Source: Nitrospirota bacterium
GTDB taxonomy: Bacteria; Nitrospirota; Nitrospiria; Nitrospirales; NS-4
Assembly (NCBI GenBank): GCA_963788195.1
Contig: CAWBGA010000014.1
Location: 1 to 64,000, forward strand
Direction of reading: 5' to 3'
DNA length: 64,000 nucleotides
Part shown: positions 1-11,570 of the stretch, piece after piece
Layout: every line of letters starts with the position of its first letter
Position numbering within the stretch: the stretch's first letter is position 1
Position numbers and translations under genes: made by a program
Notes under the pieces: model-generated
Seen by the model: only the letters and a program-made list of their open reading frames with translations
Databases searched by the model: none
What the model was told of the DNA's origin: nothing

Positions 1-41
1 ACCCTGCAGTGAATCGATCCCTTGCAAAAGAAGGCAGGGGT

Positions 42-290
42 GCCCAGGACAGATTTCTTTTCCCCTTTACACCCGCCACTACACCCGCCCGCCCCGAGCT
101 CGCCAAGACAGGCTTTTGTCCCGTGGGACGCATCCCTTTTCCCATTGCACCCGCCATTGCACCCAGCCCACCCTGAGGCTGCCAAGACAGCCTCTTTTGC
201 CCATGGCCTGAAATCTGCCAAGACAGATTCCTTTTCCCCATTTCACCCGCCCGCCCTGAAATCTGCCAGGACAGATTTCTTTTCCCCTGG
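42..290. repeat. Degenerate, irregularly spaced repeat cluster upstream of valS
   Basis: (G)CCARGACAG at about 43, 102, 181, 217 and 265, each followed by a TTTT..CCC tract; several CACCCGCC motifs. Confidence 0.75.
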
Positions 291-312
291 CCCGTGCTAG
301 GATATCGCCGCC

Positions 313-3054
313 GTGGAAAAATCCTACGATCCGAAGCAAGTTGAATCCCGCTGGTATCAGTTTTGGCTCGAGCGCGGCTATTTTACCGCCGCTCTTGCAG
401 GCAAGGATCTCCCCTACTGCATCGTGATGCCGCCGCCCAATATTACGGGCTCGCTGCACATGGGCCACGCCCTGAACAGTACCGTACAGGACATTCTTAT
501 TCGCTGGCGACGTATGCAGGGCCGCGACGCCTTGTGGATTGCGGGTACGGACCACGCAGGTATTGCGACGCAGAATGTCGTCGAGAAGCAGCTTGTGCAG
601 GAAGGCTCAAGTCGCGAAACCCTTGGCAGGGATCCCTTTGTGCAGCGCGTGTGGGAATGGAAAGCTCAGTCCGGCAACACCATTGTCGAGCAACTGAAGC
701 GACTGGGTGCTTCCTGCGACTGGAGCCGGCTGCGATTCACCATGGACGAGGGCCTCTCCCGCGCAGTTCGAGAGGTCTTCGTCAGCCTCTATTACGACGG
801 CTTGATCTACCGGGGAAAGCGGCTCATTAATTGGTGCCCACGCTGCATGACCGCACTCTCTGATATTGAAGTCCAACACGAAGACATGAGCGGCAAGCTC
901 TATTACATCGAGTACCCGCTCGTGCAAGACCCTAAAAGGCGTCTCACGGTCGCAACTACGCGACCCGAAACCATGTTGGGCGATACGGCGGTCGCTGTCC
1001 ACCCTGAAGATCCGCGTTACAATTCATTGATCGGGCAGAACGTGAAATTGCCGCTGACAGGCCGTGAAATCCCCATCGTTGGCGATGCCATCCTCGTTGA
1101 TCGAGAACTCGGCACGGGGGCAGTAAAGATCACTCCGGCACATGACTTCAATGATTTTGAGGCAGGACTTCGGCACGATCTGGATCAGATTTCACTGTTC
1201 GACCAACGGGCTCGACTAGATATCGCAGGAATGCGTGAGGCTCAGGTGGACGAACTCCTACAAGAGCAGCTGCGATCCAAGACCGCCCAGGAAGCTCGGG
1301 CCATCATCGTCGATACTTTGCGACACCAAGGTTTCCTTTCAAAAGTTGAAGACCATGCGATGGCCATCGGTACATGTTACCGCTGCAAAACCCTGGTCGA
1401 GCCCTACCTCTCGCCGCAGTGGTTTGTCAAGATCAAGCCGCTTGCCGAGCCCGCCATTAAAGCGGTCGAAAGCGGCGAGATTCGCCTGATCCCAGAACAG
1501 TGGACAAACAACTATCTGGCCTGGATGCGAGACATCAAGGATTGGTGCATCTCCCGACAAATCTGGTGGGGCCATCAGATTCCCGCCTGGTATTGCAAGC
1601 ACTGCAACGCGGCCGTCCTGAATGAATCAGCATCCATGAAGTCCCTCTTTATCGGCGCTGACGCAAAACCGATTGTCGCCAAAAGCGCTCCAGCTCAGTG
1701 TCCGGATTGCGAACAACACGACTTCATCCAAGATCCCGACGTGCTTGATACCTGGTTCTCCTCCGCACTGTGGCCCTTTTCGACCCTCGGCTGGCCTGAC
1801 GAGACGCCTGAACTCAAGAAGTATTATCCCACCGCGACCTTGGTCACCGGCCTCGACATTCTTTTCTTCTGGGTGGCGCGAATGATCATGATGGGACTTA
1901 AGTTCACTGGCGACGTGCCTTTCCGCGACGTATACATCCATGCTTTGGTGCGAGACGCAGAAGGTCAGAAGATGAGCAAGTCCAAGGGAAATGTCATTGA
2001 CCCGTTAACAATCATGGACATGTACGGAACCGACGCGCTCCGGTTTACCTTGGCAGCCATGGCCTCCCCCGGGCGTGACATCAAGATCACAATGGATCGA
2101 ATCGAGGGCTATCGAAACTTCGCCAATAAGTTGTGGAATGCCGCACGTTTCATCCAGATGAATTTGGATGGGCCTCGCGAAACAGCTCCGGTCGCCGAGT
2201 GCTCCGTCATTGATCAATGGATCCTGAGCCGCCTGAATCGGTGCGTCGCAGAGGTCAACTCGTCGCTCGATGCTTATCGATTTGATGAAGCCGCTCACCG
2301 GCTCTACCATTTTGTCTGGCACGAGTACTGTGACTGGTATCTCGAACTCGCCAAGCCTGCGCTATCCTCCAAGGAGATTCATGCAGGAGCGGCCACGAGA
2401 GCCACCTTGGTTGACACTTTTGATATAATCCTGCGGCTTCTGCACCCCTTTATGCCGTTCATCACCGAAGAGATCTGGCAGTCCATGCCGCACTCTGGGG
2501 AAAGTCTCACAGTCGCCCGGTACCCGTCCCCGAACGAAACATTTCACAATGCCCGTATTGAGCAGGAAGTTGAAATCGTGCAAAAGGTCATCTCCGCCGT
2601 CCGAGACATTCGTGGCGCTCAGGGCATCGCGCACGGTCGGAAGCTACATGGCGTGTTGCAGGTGGCAGATCCGCAGGTCGCTAAGGCTCTCGAGACCCAC
2701 CGACTCCTTCTCAGCACCCTGGCCGGCCTCGCCGACTTCACTGTTGGGGAGCAAATGTCGCCTCCGCCGCTTGCGGCCACGGCCACGATCGTTTTCCCGG
2801 AAGGACATGTGGGTCAACTCTACATTGGTCTCGCCGGCCTCATAAATCTCGATAAAGAGACACTTCGAATCGAGAAGCGTCTCAATGAGTTGGCTTCGCA
2901 GATTGAGCAGACCCAGAAAAAACTCTCTAATCCGGAGTTCGTGGCGAAGGTCCCGCCGGATGTGCTACAGAAGACCCGCGCGAAGTATCAGGAGCTTCAA
3001 CAGGAACGGGACAAACTGGCCGCCGAACTGACCCGGTTGCAATCCGGAGCGTGA
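313..3054 (+). CDS. valS: Valine--tRNA ligase
   Basis: PPPNITGSLHMGH, DWCISRQIWWGH, KMSKS, C-terminal coiled coil. Confidence 0.98.
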   Translation: MEKSYDPKQVESRWYQFWLERGYFTAALAGKDLPYCIVMPPPNITGSLHMGHALNSTVQDILIRWRRMQGRDALWIAGTDHAGIATQNVVEKQLVQEGSSRETLGRDPFVQRVWEWKAQSGNTIVEQLKRLGASCDWSRLRFTMDEGLSRAVREVFVSLYYDGLIYRGKRLINWCPRCMTALSDIEVQHEDMSGKLYYIEYPLVQDPKRRLTVATTRPETMLGDTAVAVHPEDPRYNSLIGQNVKLPLTGREIPIVGDAILVDRELGTGAVKITPAHDFNDFEAGLRHDLDQISLFDQRARLDIAGMREAQVDELLQEQLRSKTAQEARAIIVDTLRHQGFLSKVEDHAMAIGTCYRCKTLVEPYLSPQWFVKIKPLAEPAIKAVESGEIRLIPEQWTNNYLAWMRDIKDWCISRQIWWGHQIPAWYCKHCNAAVLNESASMKSLFIGADAKPIVAKSAPAQCPDCEQHDFIQDPDVLDTWFSSALWPFSTLGWPDETPELKKYYPTATLVTGLDILFFWVARMIMMGLKFTGDVPFRDVYIHALVRDAEGQKMSKSKGNVIDPLTIMDMYGTDALRFTLAAMASPGRDIKITMDRIEGYRNFANKLWNAARFIQMNLDGPRETAPVAECSVIDQWILSRLNRCVAEVNSSLDAYRFDEAAHRLYHFVWHEYCDWYLELAKPALSSKEIHAGAATRATLVDTFDIILRLLHPFMPFITEEIWQSMPHSGESLTVARYPSPNETFHNARIEQEVEIVQKVISAVRDIRGAQGIAHGRKLHGVLQVADPQVAKALETHRLLLSTLAGLADFTVGEQMSPPPLAATATIVFPEGHVGQLYIGLAGLINLDKETLRIEKRLNELASQIEQTQKKLSNPEFVAKVPPDVLQKTRAKYQELQQERDKLAAELTRLQSGA

Positions 3055-3923
3055 GGCCTGGCATGAGAGCTGAGATTCTTCACGCCGACATGGTACGTGA
3101 TGTCGCGCGCAAGGCGTTGGCTGAGGATTTAGGTCATGAAGATGTCACCACCGATGCGCTGTTCGACAAGGCGATTCCTGCTCGCGGCACAGTCGTTTCT
3201 GAAGAACCCCATACAGTAGTGCTTGCCGGACTTCGTGTGACTCTCGCTGTCTTTGCTGAGATGGACGCTGGCCTCATGTGTCTCCCCGAATTTGATGACG
3301 GACAGTCCGTCCCCGCCGGCGAGTGTATTTTGACAGTGGAAGGCGATGGCCGCTCAATTCTCAAAAGCGAGCGGGTCGTGTTGAATTTTCTTCAGCGCCT
3401 CACTGGAATTGCCACGCTGACCGCCAAGTTCTGCGAAGCGGTCAAAGGAACCAGAGTTCGGATCCTCGATACTCGCAAAACGACCCCTGGTCTGCGCGCC
3501 CTGGAAAAGTGGGCGGTGCGGCTTGGCGGAGGACAGAACCATCGATTTGGCCTGGACGATGGCGTATTGATCAAGGACAACCATCTTGCGCTTGTGGGTG
3601 GTGATGTCGCAGGCGCTTGCCGTCAAACGAGAGAACGCGCGCCGGTTGGATTTCGAATCGAGGTGGAAACCAAGACGCTCGAGGAGGTGGGTGCGGCGCT
3701 TGCCGGCAAAGCCGACATCATTATGTTGGACAATATGAGCCTCGCGATGATCCGCGACGCGCTCGACATGATCAAGGGTCGCGCACTGGTGGAAGTCTCG
3801 GGAGGCGTCACTCTCGCTAACATACGCGAGATCGCATCAGTCGGACCGGACTTCATTTCCATTGGAGCGCTTACACACTCGGCCCCTGCTGCGAATCTGA
3901 GCCTGGACCTCATCAAGCAGTGA
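3051..3923 (+). CDS. nadC: Nicotinate-nucleotide diphosphorylase (carboxylating)
   Basis: DTRKTTPGLR, NHRFGLDD, IKDNH, IMLDN, ISIGALTHS; start could be 3063. Confidence 0.97.
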   Translation: MRPGMRAEILHADMVRDVARKALAEDLGHEDVTTDALFDKAIPARGTVVSEEPHTVVLAGLRVTLAVFAEMDAGLMCLPEFDDGQSVPAGECILTVEGDGRSILKSERVVLNFLQRLTGIATLTAKFCEAVKGTRVRILDTRKTTPGLRALEKWAVRLGGGQNHRFGLDDGVLIKDNHLALVGGDVAGACRQTRERAPVGFRIEVETKTLEEVGAALAGKADIIMLDNMSLAMIRDALDMIKGRALVEVSGGVTLANIREIASVGPDFISIGALTHSAPAANLSLDLIKQ

Positions 3924-4720
3924 CCGGGCCGGGTGCTTCCCTCTCGCTCGAATCAATTCGGCAACGACTCAAAACCCGCACCATCGGGTCGCATCTGGTC
4001 TTCTATGCTGAAGTGGATTCAACCAACCGTGCGGCAATGGCATTGGCTGAAGGCACAACGACGCATGGCACCGTCGTAGTGGCTGACACGCAAACACAAG
4101 GCCGGGGGCGACTGGGGCGGGCATGGCTCTCGCCGCCCGGCATGAATCTGTATTTTTCAGTTGTTCTGCACCGGGGCTCGACACTTCCGACAATTACCTG
4201 GCTTCCGCTGCTCGTCTCCCTTGCAGTGTCACGGGGGGTAAATCAGGTCAGCGGCCTTGCCAGTCAATTAAAGTGGCCAAACGATGTGGTCATTGAACGA
4301 ACCCATCCTGCTCGCAAGCTTGCCGGGGTGCTCGCCGAGGCCACCGACTACACTGTGGTCATTGGAGTTGGAGTGAACGTCAACATGCCCCTGGATGCCT
4401 TCCCTTCTCCGCTTGAACCTATCGCGACGTCAGTCCTGATCGAAGGTGGTCGTCGGATGGATCGCGCGGAGCTACTCGCCCAGATCCTCTGGGAAACAGA
4501 GCAACTTTGCGAGCCGGCTCCTCACTCTATTAGTAAGGGCATGGCCGCATACCTGAAGGCCTGCTCAACGCTTGGGAAAGCCGTCCAGGTCACCTTAGCT
4601 GAAGGCGGCGACGTTGAGGGGCAGGCGGTTGCGATCGCGGCTGATGGGGCCTTATGCGTTCGAAAACCAGACAGTTCGATCATCGAAATACGAGCCGGTG
4701 ATGTAGTACACTTACGCTAA
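3920..4720 (+). CDS. birA: Biotin--[acetyl-CoA-carboxylase] ligase without N-terminal HTH
   Basis: VDSTN, QTQGRGRLGRAW, KWPND, KLAGVL. Confidence 0.95.
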   Translation: MTGPGASLSLESIRQRLKTRTIGSHLVFYAEVDSTNRAAMALAEGTTTHGTVVVADTQTQGRGRLGRAWLSPPGMNLYFSVVLHRGSTLPTITWLPLLVSLAVSRGVNQVSGLASQLKWPNDVVIERTHPARKLAGVLAEATDYTVVIGVGVNVNMPLDAFPSPLEPIATSVLIEGGRRMDRAELLAQILWETEQLCEPAPHSISKGMAAYLKACSTLGKAVQVTLAEGGDVEGQAVAIAADGALCVRKPDSSIIEIRAGDVVHLR

Positions 4721-4733
4721 ATGCGCTCATTGC

Positions 4734-4879
4734 TGTCATGCTGAGTCCTTCGTTTGTCATCCTGAATGAAATGAAGGATCTCAATTCGAGACTCAGGATA
4801 AACTCGGCGAAGCATCTCGATTGCGTGCTCAGGGTAAACTCCGTGAAGGACCTCGGTCAGATCCTTCGCTGGCGCTCAG
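4734..4879. repeat. Nested REP-like palindromic element, copy A, interrupted by IS110 (resumes at 6041-6046)
   Basis: TGTCATCCTGA..GAAGGATCT and AGATCCTTC..TCAG|GATGAC arms shared with four other copies. Confidence 0.9.
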
Positions 4880-4894
4880 CGACTGTCTTGAATG

Positions 4895-6028
<1,134 letters not shown>

Positions 6029-6062
6029 TCAAGATACAAGGATGACGATACAAAAGGACACT

Positions 6063-6836
6063 ATGCATCTGCTCGCTATTGATATCGGGAACAGTAATGT
6101 CGTCTTGGGCGTCTTTGAGCATCAGCGCCTGATCGCTGACTGGCGCATCGGCACCGACCCGTCAAAAACTACCGATGAGTACGGCATCCTGCTGCTGGAC
6201 CTACTGCGGGCCAAAGGTATCCTTCCCGAGTCCCTTGACGCCGTCGTGTTATCAAGCGTGGTGCCGCCACTAACATCGTTGTTTGAAGAGCTGTCCGGAA
6301 AATACCTTCAGCGTGTGCCGCTCACCGTTTCTTCCGAACTCCAGACCGGCCTGATATTGCGGTATGACAACCCGGCGGAGATCGGCAGTGATCGGATCGT
6401 GAATGCCGCCGCCGCCTTCCACCGATATGGCGGGCCTGTGATCATCGTCGATTTTGGTACGGCAACGACCTTCTGCGTTGTAACGAAGGAGGGGGAGTAT
6501 CTCGGCGGCGCGATTGCTCCGGGTATCGGCATCTCCGCCGACGCCCTCTTTCAACATGCCGCGAAACTGCCAAAGATCGAGCTGGTCCGTCCGAAGTCGG
6601 TGATTGGACAGGATACTGTTTCCAGCATGCAAGCGGGAATCATCTTCGGATATGCGGGTCTAGTGGACGAAATCGTCACTCGGATGCAACAGGCTATTGG
6701 TCACGATTGCCATGTCCTGGCGACCGGCGGCCTCGCGGGTCTCGTAGCTTCCGAATCACGTATGATTCGGGAAGTCACGCCGAATCTCACACTCGAAGGG
6801 CTTGCCTTGGTGTACCACCTGAACCGCCCCTCCTAA
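6063..6836 (+). CDS. coaX: Type III pantothenate kinase
   Basis: LAIDIGNS, GSDR, VDFGTATT, GGAIAPG, ATGG; start set after AAAGGA RBS. Confidence 0.96.
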   Translation: MHLLAIDIGNSNVVLGVFEHQRLIADWRIGTDPSKTTDEYGILLLDLLRAKGILPESLDAVVLSSVVPPLTSLFEELSGKYLQRVPLTVSSELQTGLILRYDNPAEIGSDRIVNAAAAFHRYGGPVIIVDFGTATTFCVVTKEGEYLGGAIAPGIGISADALFQHAAKLPKIELVRPKSVIGQDTVSSMQAGIIFGYAGLVDEIVTRMQQAIGHDCHVLATGGLAGLVASESRMIREVTPNLTLEGLALVYHLNRPS

Positions 6837-6923
6837 GCATCGAAAGAAAAATTCATCATAATCGATGGCTTGGCTTGATTCGGACTGATGGATGGCTATC
6901 TATTGGAGGGCAGGGGAATCGGT

Positions 6924-7484
6924 ATGTCTGAAGAAAAAGAATCGCCAGCAAAATCAACGGAGTATGACCAGGACCCGTCCAGCGATGGCGAGGAGCAAAA
7001 TTCGTCCCCTGACAATGAGGTACGGGCAGCCCAAGAGCGCTATCTCCGGCTGGCCGCGGAGTTTGAGAATTACAAGAAGCGGGCTCAAAAGGATCAGGAC
7101 GAATATCGAAAATATTCCAATGAGCGGCTTCTAAAAGAGCTGCTTCCGGTCATTGATAACTTACAGCGCGCACTGAAGCACGGCAAGGCCTCAAGCAATA
7201 AGGAGGAGGGGGTCCTGCAGGGTGTTGAACTGACATCAAAAAAAGCTCTCGACATTCTCTCTCGCTTTGGGGTGACACCTATCGCGAGCGTAGGGCAGCC
7301 TTTTGATCCGGCAGTGCACGAAGCGGTGGCGAAAGTGAACGGCAAGGGGCACAAGCCCAACACTATCGTCGAGGAATTTGAAAAGGGGTACTACCTGCAT
7401 GACCGCGTGCTTCGCCCGGCCATGGTCACTGTCGCCGAATCCGCGCCGGACGACAACCAACATTCTGAGGCTGACTCACAGTAA
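6924..7484 (+). CDS. grpE: Nucleotide exchange factor GrpE
   Basis: RLAAEFENYKKR, FDPAVHEA, GY.LHDRVLRPAMV. Confidence 0.96.
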   Translation: MSEEKESPAKSTEYDQDPSSDGEEQNSSPDNEVRAAQERYLRLAAEFENYKKRAQKDQDEYRKYSNERLLKELLPVIDNLQRALKHGKASSNKEEGVLQGVELTSKKALDILSRFGVTPIASVGQPFDPAVHEAVAKVNGKGHKPNTIVEEFEKGYYLHDRVLRPAMVTVAESAPDDNQHSEADSQ

Positions 7485-7558
7485 ATTTTTCTTGCGCAAT
7501 TTACAGGAACCACCATGGATTTTCAGGAACAGAGATTTAGAGGAAGGAGAGTGAACAC

Positions 7559-9505
7559 ATGGGCAAGGTAATCGGGATTGATCTCGGAACAACAAACTCG
7601 TGTGTGGCGATTATGTCGGGAGGCGATCCCGTCGTTATTGCCAATGCCGAAGGAAACCGGACCACGCCTTCGGTGGTTGGCATCACGGACAAAGACGAAC
7701 GCCTGGTCGGGCAAATCGCCAAACGCCAGGCCATCACCAATCCGGAAAACACGATCTATTCGATTAAACGACTGATCGGACGCAAATTCGAGTCGCGCGA
7801 AGTCCGCGAGGCCATGAAGCGGCTACCCTACAAGGTCGTGCCCGCTCCGAACGGAGACGCGCACGTCGAAATCAGAGGCAAGCGCTACAGCCCCGCTGAA
7901 ATCTCCGCGATGATTCTTCAAAAAATGAAGCAGACCGCCGAAGACTATCTCGGAGAGCCGGTCACCGAAGCAGTCATCACGGTCCCCGCCTATTTCGACG
8001 ACAGCCAACGCCAGGCTACGAAGGACGCCGGCCAGATCGCCGGCTTGACCGTATTGCGCATCATTAACGAGCCCACGGCCGCCTCCCTGGCCTATGGCCT
8101 CGATAAAAAGAAGGATGAGCGCATCGCCGTGTACGACCTCGGTGGAGGAACATTTGACATCTCCGTGCTGGAGATCGGCGAAGGCGTCTTTGAGGTGAAG
8201 TCGACCAACGGGGATACCTTCCTGGGTGGTGATGACTTCGATCTTCGGGTCATGGATTGGCTCGTCGAGGAGTTTAAAAAGGATCAGGGCATTGATCTGA
8301 AGAAGGATCGGATGGCGCTCCAGCGTCTCAAGGAAGCGGCAGAGCGGGCCAAGATCGAGCTGTCTTCCTCGCAAGAGACGGAGATCAACCTGCCGTTCAT
8401 TACCGCAGACGCCAGCGGACCCAAGCACCTCGTCATCAAACTCACCCGCTCCAAACTGGAGCAATTGGTGGACGATCTTGTTCAGCGCACTCTTGATCCG
8501 TGCAAGAAAGCCTTGTCGGACGCCGGCGCCACAGCGAAGGACATCGACGAGGTGGTACTGGTCGGCGGCATGACCCGAATGCCGAAGATCATTCAACTCG
8601 TGCGTGAATTCTTCGGCAAGGAGCCCCACAAGGGAGTCAATCCTGACGAAGTCGTGGCAATCGGGGCGGCGATCCAAGGTGGCGTGCTCAAGGGCGACGT
8701 CAAGGATGTCTTGCTTCTGGATGTGACGCCGCTGACACTCGGCATTGAAACGTTGGGCGGGGTCTTTACTCGTCTGATCGAGCGCAACACTACGATCCCA
8801 ACCAAGAAGAGCCAGACTTTTTCCACGGCAGCCGATGGGCAAACGGCGGTGACCATCAATGTGCTTCAAGGTGAGCGCGAGATGGCGTCCGACAATAAGT
8901 CTCTTGGGCACTTTGATCTCGTAGGCATTCCGCCGGCGCCACGTGGCATGCCGCAGATCGAGGTGAGCTTCGACATTGACGCCAACGGAATCGTGCATGT
9001 CTCGGCCAAGGATCTTGCGACGCAAAAGGAGCAATCGATCCGCATTACGGCATCCGGTGGATTGAACAAGGAAGACATCGATAAGATGGTAAAAGACGCG
9101 CAGGCTCACGCCGCGGACGACAAGAAAAAGCGAGAGCTCGTTGAAGTCCGCAATGAGGCCGACAATCGCGTCTATAGCGTAGAGAAGCTGCTCACCGAAC
9201 ATGGTGATAAAATCAGCGAAGACGAGCGCAAAAAGATCCAGGACGAGATCGCCGCTGCCCGGGAAGCGATGAAAGGCAGTGACCCCGACGCGATTCGAAG
9301 CGCCACACAAAATCTGGTCAAGGCCTCGCAAAAGATCGGCGAGGAGATGTATAAGAAGACGGCCGGCGCCACGGCCGGGGTTAATCCCGGTGAACCCGGC
9401 CCGGGCGAATCCGCGGACACACAGGGCAACGGGCAGCCGGGCGGGCAAAACCAGGAGCACGTCGTAGACGCGGAATACACAGAGGTTGACAAAGATAAAA
9501 AGTAA
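7559..9505 (+). CDS. dnaK: Chaperone DnaK
   Basis: [30 protein letters not shown]. Confidence 0.99.
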   Translation: MGKVIGIDLGTTNSCVAIMSGGDPVVIANAEGNRTTPSVVGITDKDERLVGQIAKRQAITNPENTIYSIKRLIGRKFESREVREAMKRLPYKVVPAPNGDAHVEIRGKRYSPAEISAMILQKMKQTAEDYLGEPVTEAVITVPAYFDDSQRQATKDAGQIAGLTVLRIINEPTAASLAYGLDKKKDERIAVYDLGGGTFDISVLEIGEGVFEVKSTNGDTFLGGDDFDLRVMDWLVEEFKKDQGIDLKKDRMALQRLKEAAERAKIELSSSQETEINLPFITADASGPKHLVIKLTRSKLEQLVDDLVQRTLDPCKKALSDAGATAKDIDEVVLVGGMTRMPKIIQLVREFFGKEPHKGVNPDEVVAIGAAIQGGVLKGDVKDVLLLDVTPLTLGIETLGGVFTRLIERNTTIPTKKSQTFSTAADGQTAVTINVLQGEREMASDNKSLGHFDLVGIPPAPRGMPQIEVSFDIDANGIVHVSAKDLATQKEQSIRITASGGLNKEDIDKMVKDAQAHAADDKKKRELVEVRNEADNRVYSVEKLLTEHGDKISEDERKKIQDEIAAAREAMKGSDPDAIRSATQNLVKASQKIGEEMYKKTAGATAGVNPGEPGPGESADTQGNGQPGGQNQEHVVDAEYTEVDKDKK

Positions 9506-9536
9506 GGCCTTAATGTACTTAAGGCATTGACCTAAT

Positions 9537-10643
9537 ATGGTGAAGCGTGATTATTACGAAGTCCTGGGCGTTGAACGAAGCGCCACCGAGGAAGATCTTA
9601 AACGGTCTTACCGACGGCTGGCCCGCCAATTCCATCCGGACACATGCGGAGAACAAGAGAAAAAGGTCGCAGAAGAGAAATTCAAAGAGATCAGCGAGGC
9701 CTACGCCATCCTCAGTGACCAGGAGAAGCGTCGCCGCTATGACACATTCGGCCATACTGAGACCGGAGGGTTCGACGGTTTCAACCGCGGTAACTTTGGT
9801 GACATTTTTAACGACATCTTCGACGACTTCTTCGGAGGCCGACAAGGCGGCGGAGGCAGCCGTACGACCCGCGGTTCCGACATTGAATATAACCTCACGA
9901 TCTCATTTGAAGATGCCGTTTATGGCAAGGAAGTAAAGCTCACCGTTCCTCGCTGGGAAGCGTGCCCCGAGTGCCAAGGCAGTGGCGCAAAGAGCCCGGA
10001 ACACATCAAGACCTGCCCAGGCTGTAAGGGCGCAGGGCAACTTCGATTCCAGCAGGGCTTTTTCACCATCAATAAGACGTGCGGCCGGTGTCAGGGGACG
10101 GGACAGAATATCACGGCGCTGTGCGCGAACTGTCGAGGCGCCCGTCAGCTTCAGAAGGATCGGGCCTTGAGCGCCCACATCCCGGCGGGCGTCGAAACCG
10201 GCACATTACTCCGTCTCGCACATGAGGGGGAAAAGGGAGAAAATGGCGGACCCCCGGGAGATCTGTTCATCCAGATAACTGTCTCGCCTCACGCCACTTT
10301 CTCGCGCAAGGGCAACGATCTGGTCTGTGAAGTTCCTGTGGGATTTGCAGCCGCCGCGCTCGGAGCCAAAATCAAAGTGCCCACCTTGAAGAGCGAGGAC
10401 ATGGTCATCAAGATCCCGCCCGGGACTCAGCATGACAAGATCTTCCGCATCAAAGGTCTCGGCGTGCGCAGCCTTCGTGAGAATATCACCGGTGATCAAC
10501 TGGTCCGGGTAAAAGTGCAGATTCCGACCAAGCTCACGCCCAAGCAGAAGGAACTGCTGGAAGAATATGCCAGTGTCAGTGGTGAGGAACTGGATCTGCC
10601 AAGTGACGGCCTCCTGGATAAAATGAAAAACATGTTTGACTAG
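9537..10643 (+). CDS. dnaJ: Chaperone DnaJ
   Basis: J domain HPD, G/F-rich region, CxxCxGxG repeats. Confidence 0.98.
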   Translation: MVKRDYYEVLGVERSATEEDLKRSYRRLARQFHPDTCGEQEKKVAEEKFKEISEAYAILSDQEKRRRYDTFGHTETGGFDGFNRGNFGDIFNDIFDDFFGGRQGGGGSRTTRGSDIEYNLTISFEDAVYGKEVKLTVPRWEACPECQGSGAKSPEHIKTCPGCKGAGQLRFQQGFFTINKTCGRCQGTGQNITALCANCRGARQLQKDRALSAHIPAGVETGTLLRLAHEGEKGENGGPPGDLFIQITVSPHATFSRKGNDLVCEVPVGFAAAALGAKIKVPTLKSEDMVIKIPPGTQHDKIFRIKGLGVRSLRENITGDQLVRVKVQIPTKLTPKQKELLEEYASVSGEELDLPSDGLLDKMKNMFD

Positions 10644-10651
10644 CAAAACGG

Positions 10652-11392
10652 ATGCCGGTGTTTTTTATCGAGCCGGAGTCGTTGCAAGACGACCTCATCG
10701 CGATCACCGGCTCGCTTGCGCATCACCTCGTCGAGAGCCTCCGCGTTCAGCCTGGCGAAGAACTCTGGCTGGGCATCTCTCGTGGTCCCCGCTATCGCAG
10801 CCGTGTACTTCTTGCAGAGCCGAAACGCCTGACCGCCAAGATCCTCTTTACCTCCAGTCCCCCTACACACGCACTTCCGGCTATCACCCTGGGGCTCGGC
10901 CTGGTTAAGAGTGAACATATGGACTGGGCGATTCAGAAAGCCACGGAGTTGGGCGTGACGCGTTTGGTTCCATTGACGACCGCGCGTTCAGTAGTCCGGA
11001 TACCCGCTGAACGGATACCTCACCGGACGGCCCGCTGGCGGACTATTGTGCATGAGGCGGCCCAACAGAGCATGCGCTGGGAGATACCGGAGGTGACTGC
11101 GCCCGCGTCGTTAGAGGAATGGTGCGAGCGAGAGCGCGAGACCGCTTGCCGATTGTTGCTGTGGGAGAATCCTCAAGGAAGACCGCTCGGAGAATCGTTG
11201 CGGGGCAAACCGAGCCCTAGGGCAATCGCTATGGGGATCGGTCCTGAGGGTGGTTTTGAACCGCAGGAAGTGACCCAAGCTGAACAGTACGGATTTGAGA
11301 AGGTGTCGCTTGGCCCGAGAATTCTGCGGACCGAGAGCGCCGTGTTGACCGCATTGGCGATCATTCAATACGAGTGGGGTGACGTGGGCTAA
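10652..11392 (+). CDS. rsmE: 16S rRNA m3U1498 methyltransferase
   Basis: QKATELGV, EAAQQS, IGPEGGF, LGPRILRTE; follows dnaJ. Confidence 0.96.
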   Translation: MPVFFIEPESLQDDLIAITGSLAHHLVESLRVQPGEELWLGISRGPRYRSRVLLAEPKRLTAKILFTSSPPTHALPAITLGLGLVKSEHMDWAIQKATELGVTRLVPLTTARSVVRIPAERIPHRTARWRTIVHEAAQQSMRWEIPEVTAPASLEEWCERERETACRLLLWENPQGRPLGESLRGKPSPRAIAMGIGPEGGFEPQEVTQAEQYGFEKVSLGPRILRTESAVLTALAIIQYEWGDVG

Positions 11393-11412
11393 AAAACAAA
11401 CTAGAGCGAGCA

Positions 11413-11561
11413 TGTCATTCCGAGCCCTTCGCTGTCATCCTGAATTCTTCGCTTGTCATCCTGAACACAGTGAAGGATCTCAATTCGAGGGGCAGGGTAA
11501 ACTCCGCGAGGAATCTATCCGGGCGGAGAAACTAGATCCTTCGCTGGTGCTCAGGATGACA
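11413..11561. repeat. Nested REP-like palindromic element, copy B
   Basis: Three TGTCAT(T/C)C(T/C)GA starts, ends AGATCCTTCGCTGGTGCTCAGGATGACA. Confidence 0.9.
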
Positions 11562-11570
11562 ACGAGTGCC

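Noticed and set aside
22..300. 92-aa ORF or a CRISPR array in the valS leader
   Set aside because: The translation only mirrors the repeat; units are degenerate and unevenly spaced, with no unique spacers and no cas genes
6837..6923. CIRCE operator or hrcA before grpE-dnaK
   Set aside because: No TTAGCACTC-N9-GAGTGCTAA and no hrcA ORF seen
7823..9460. 545-aa ORF antisense to dnaK
   Set aside because: Shadow ORF; long antisense frames are a known by-product of dnaK codon usage
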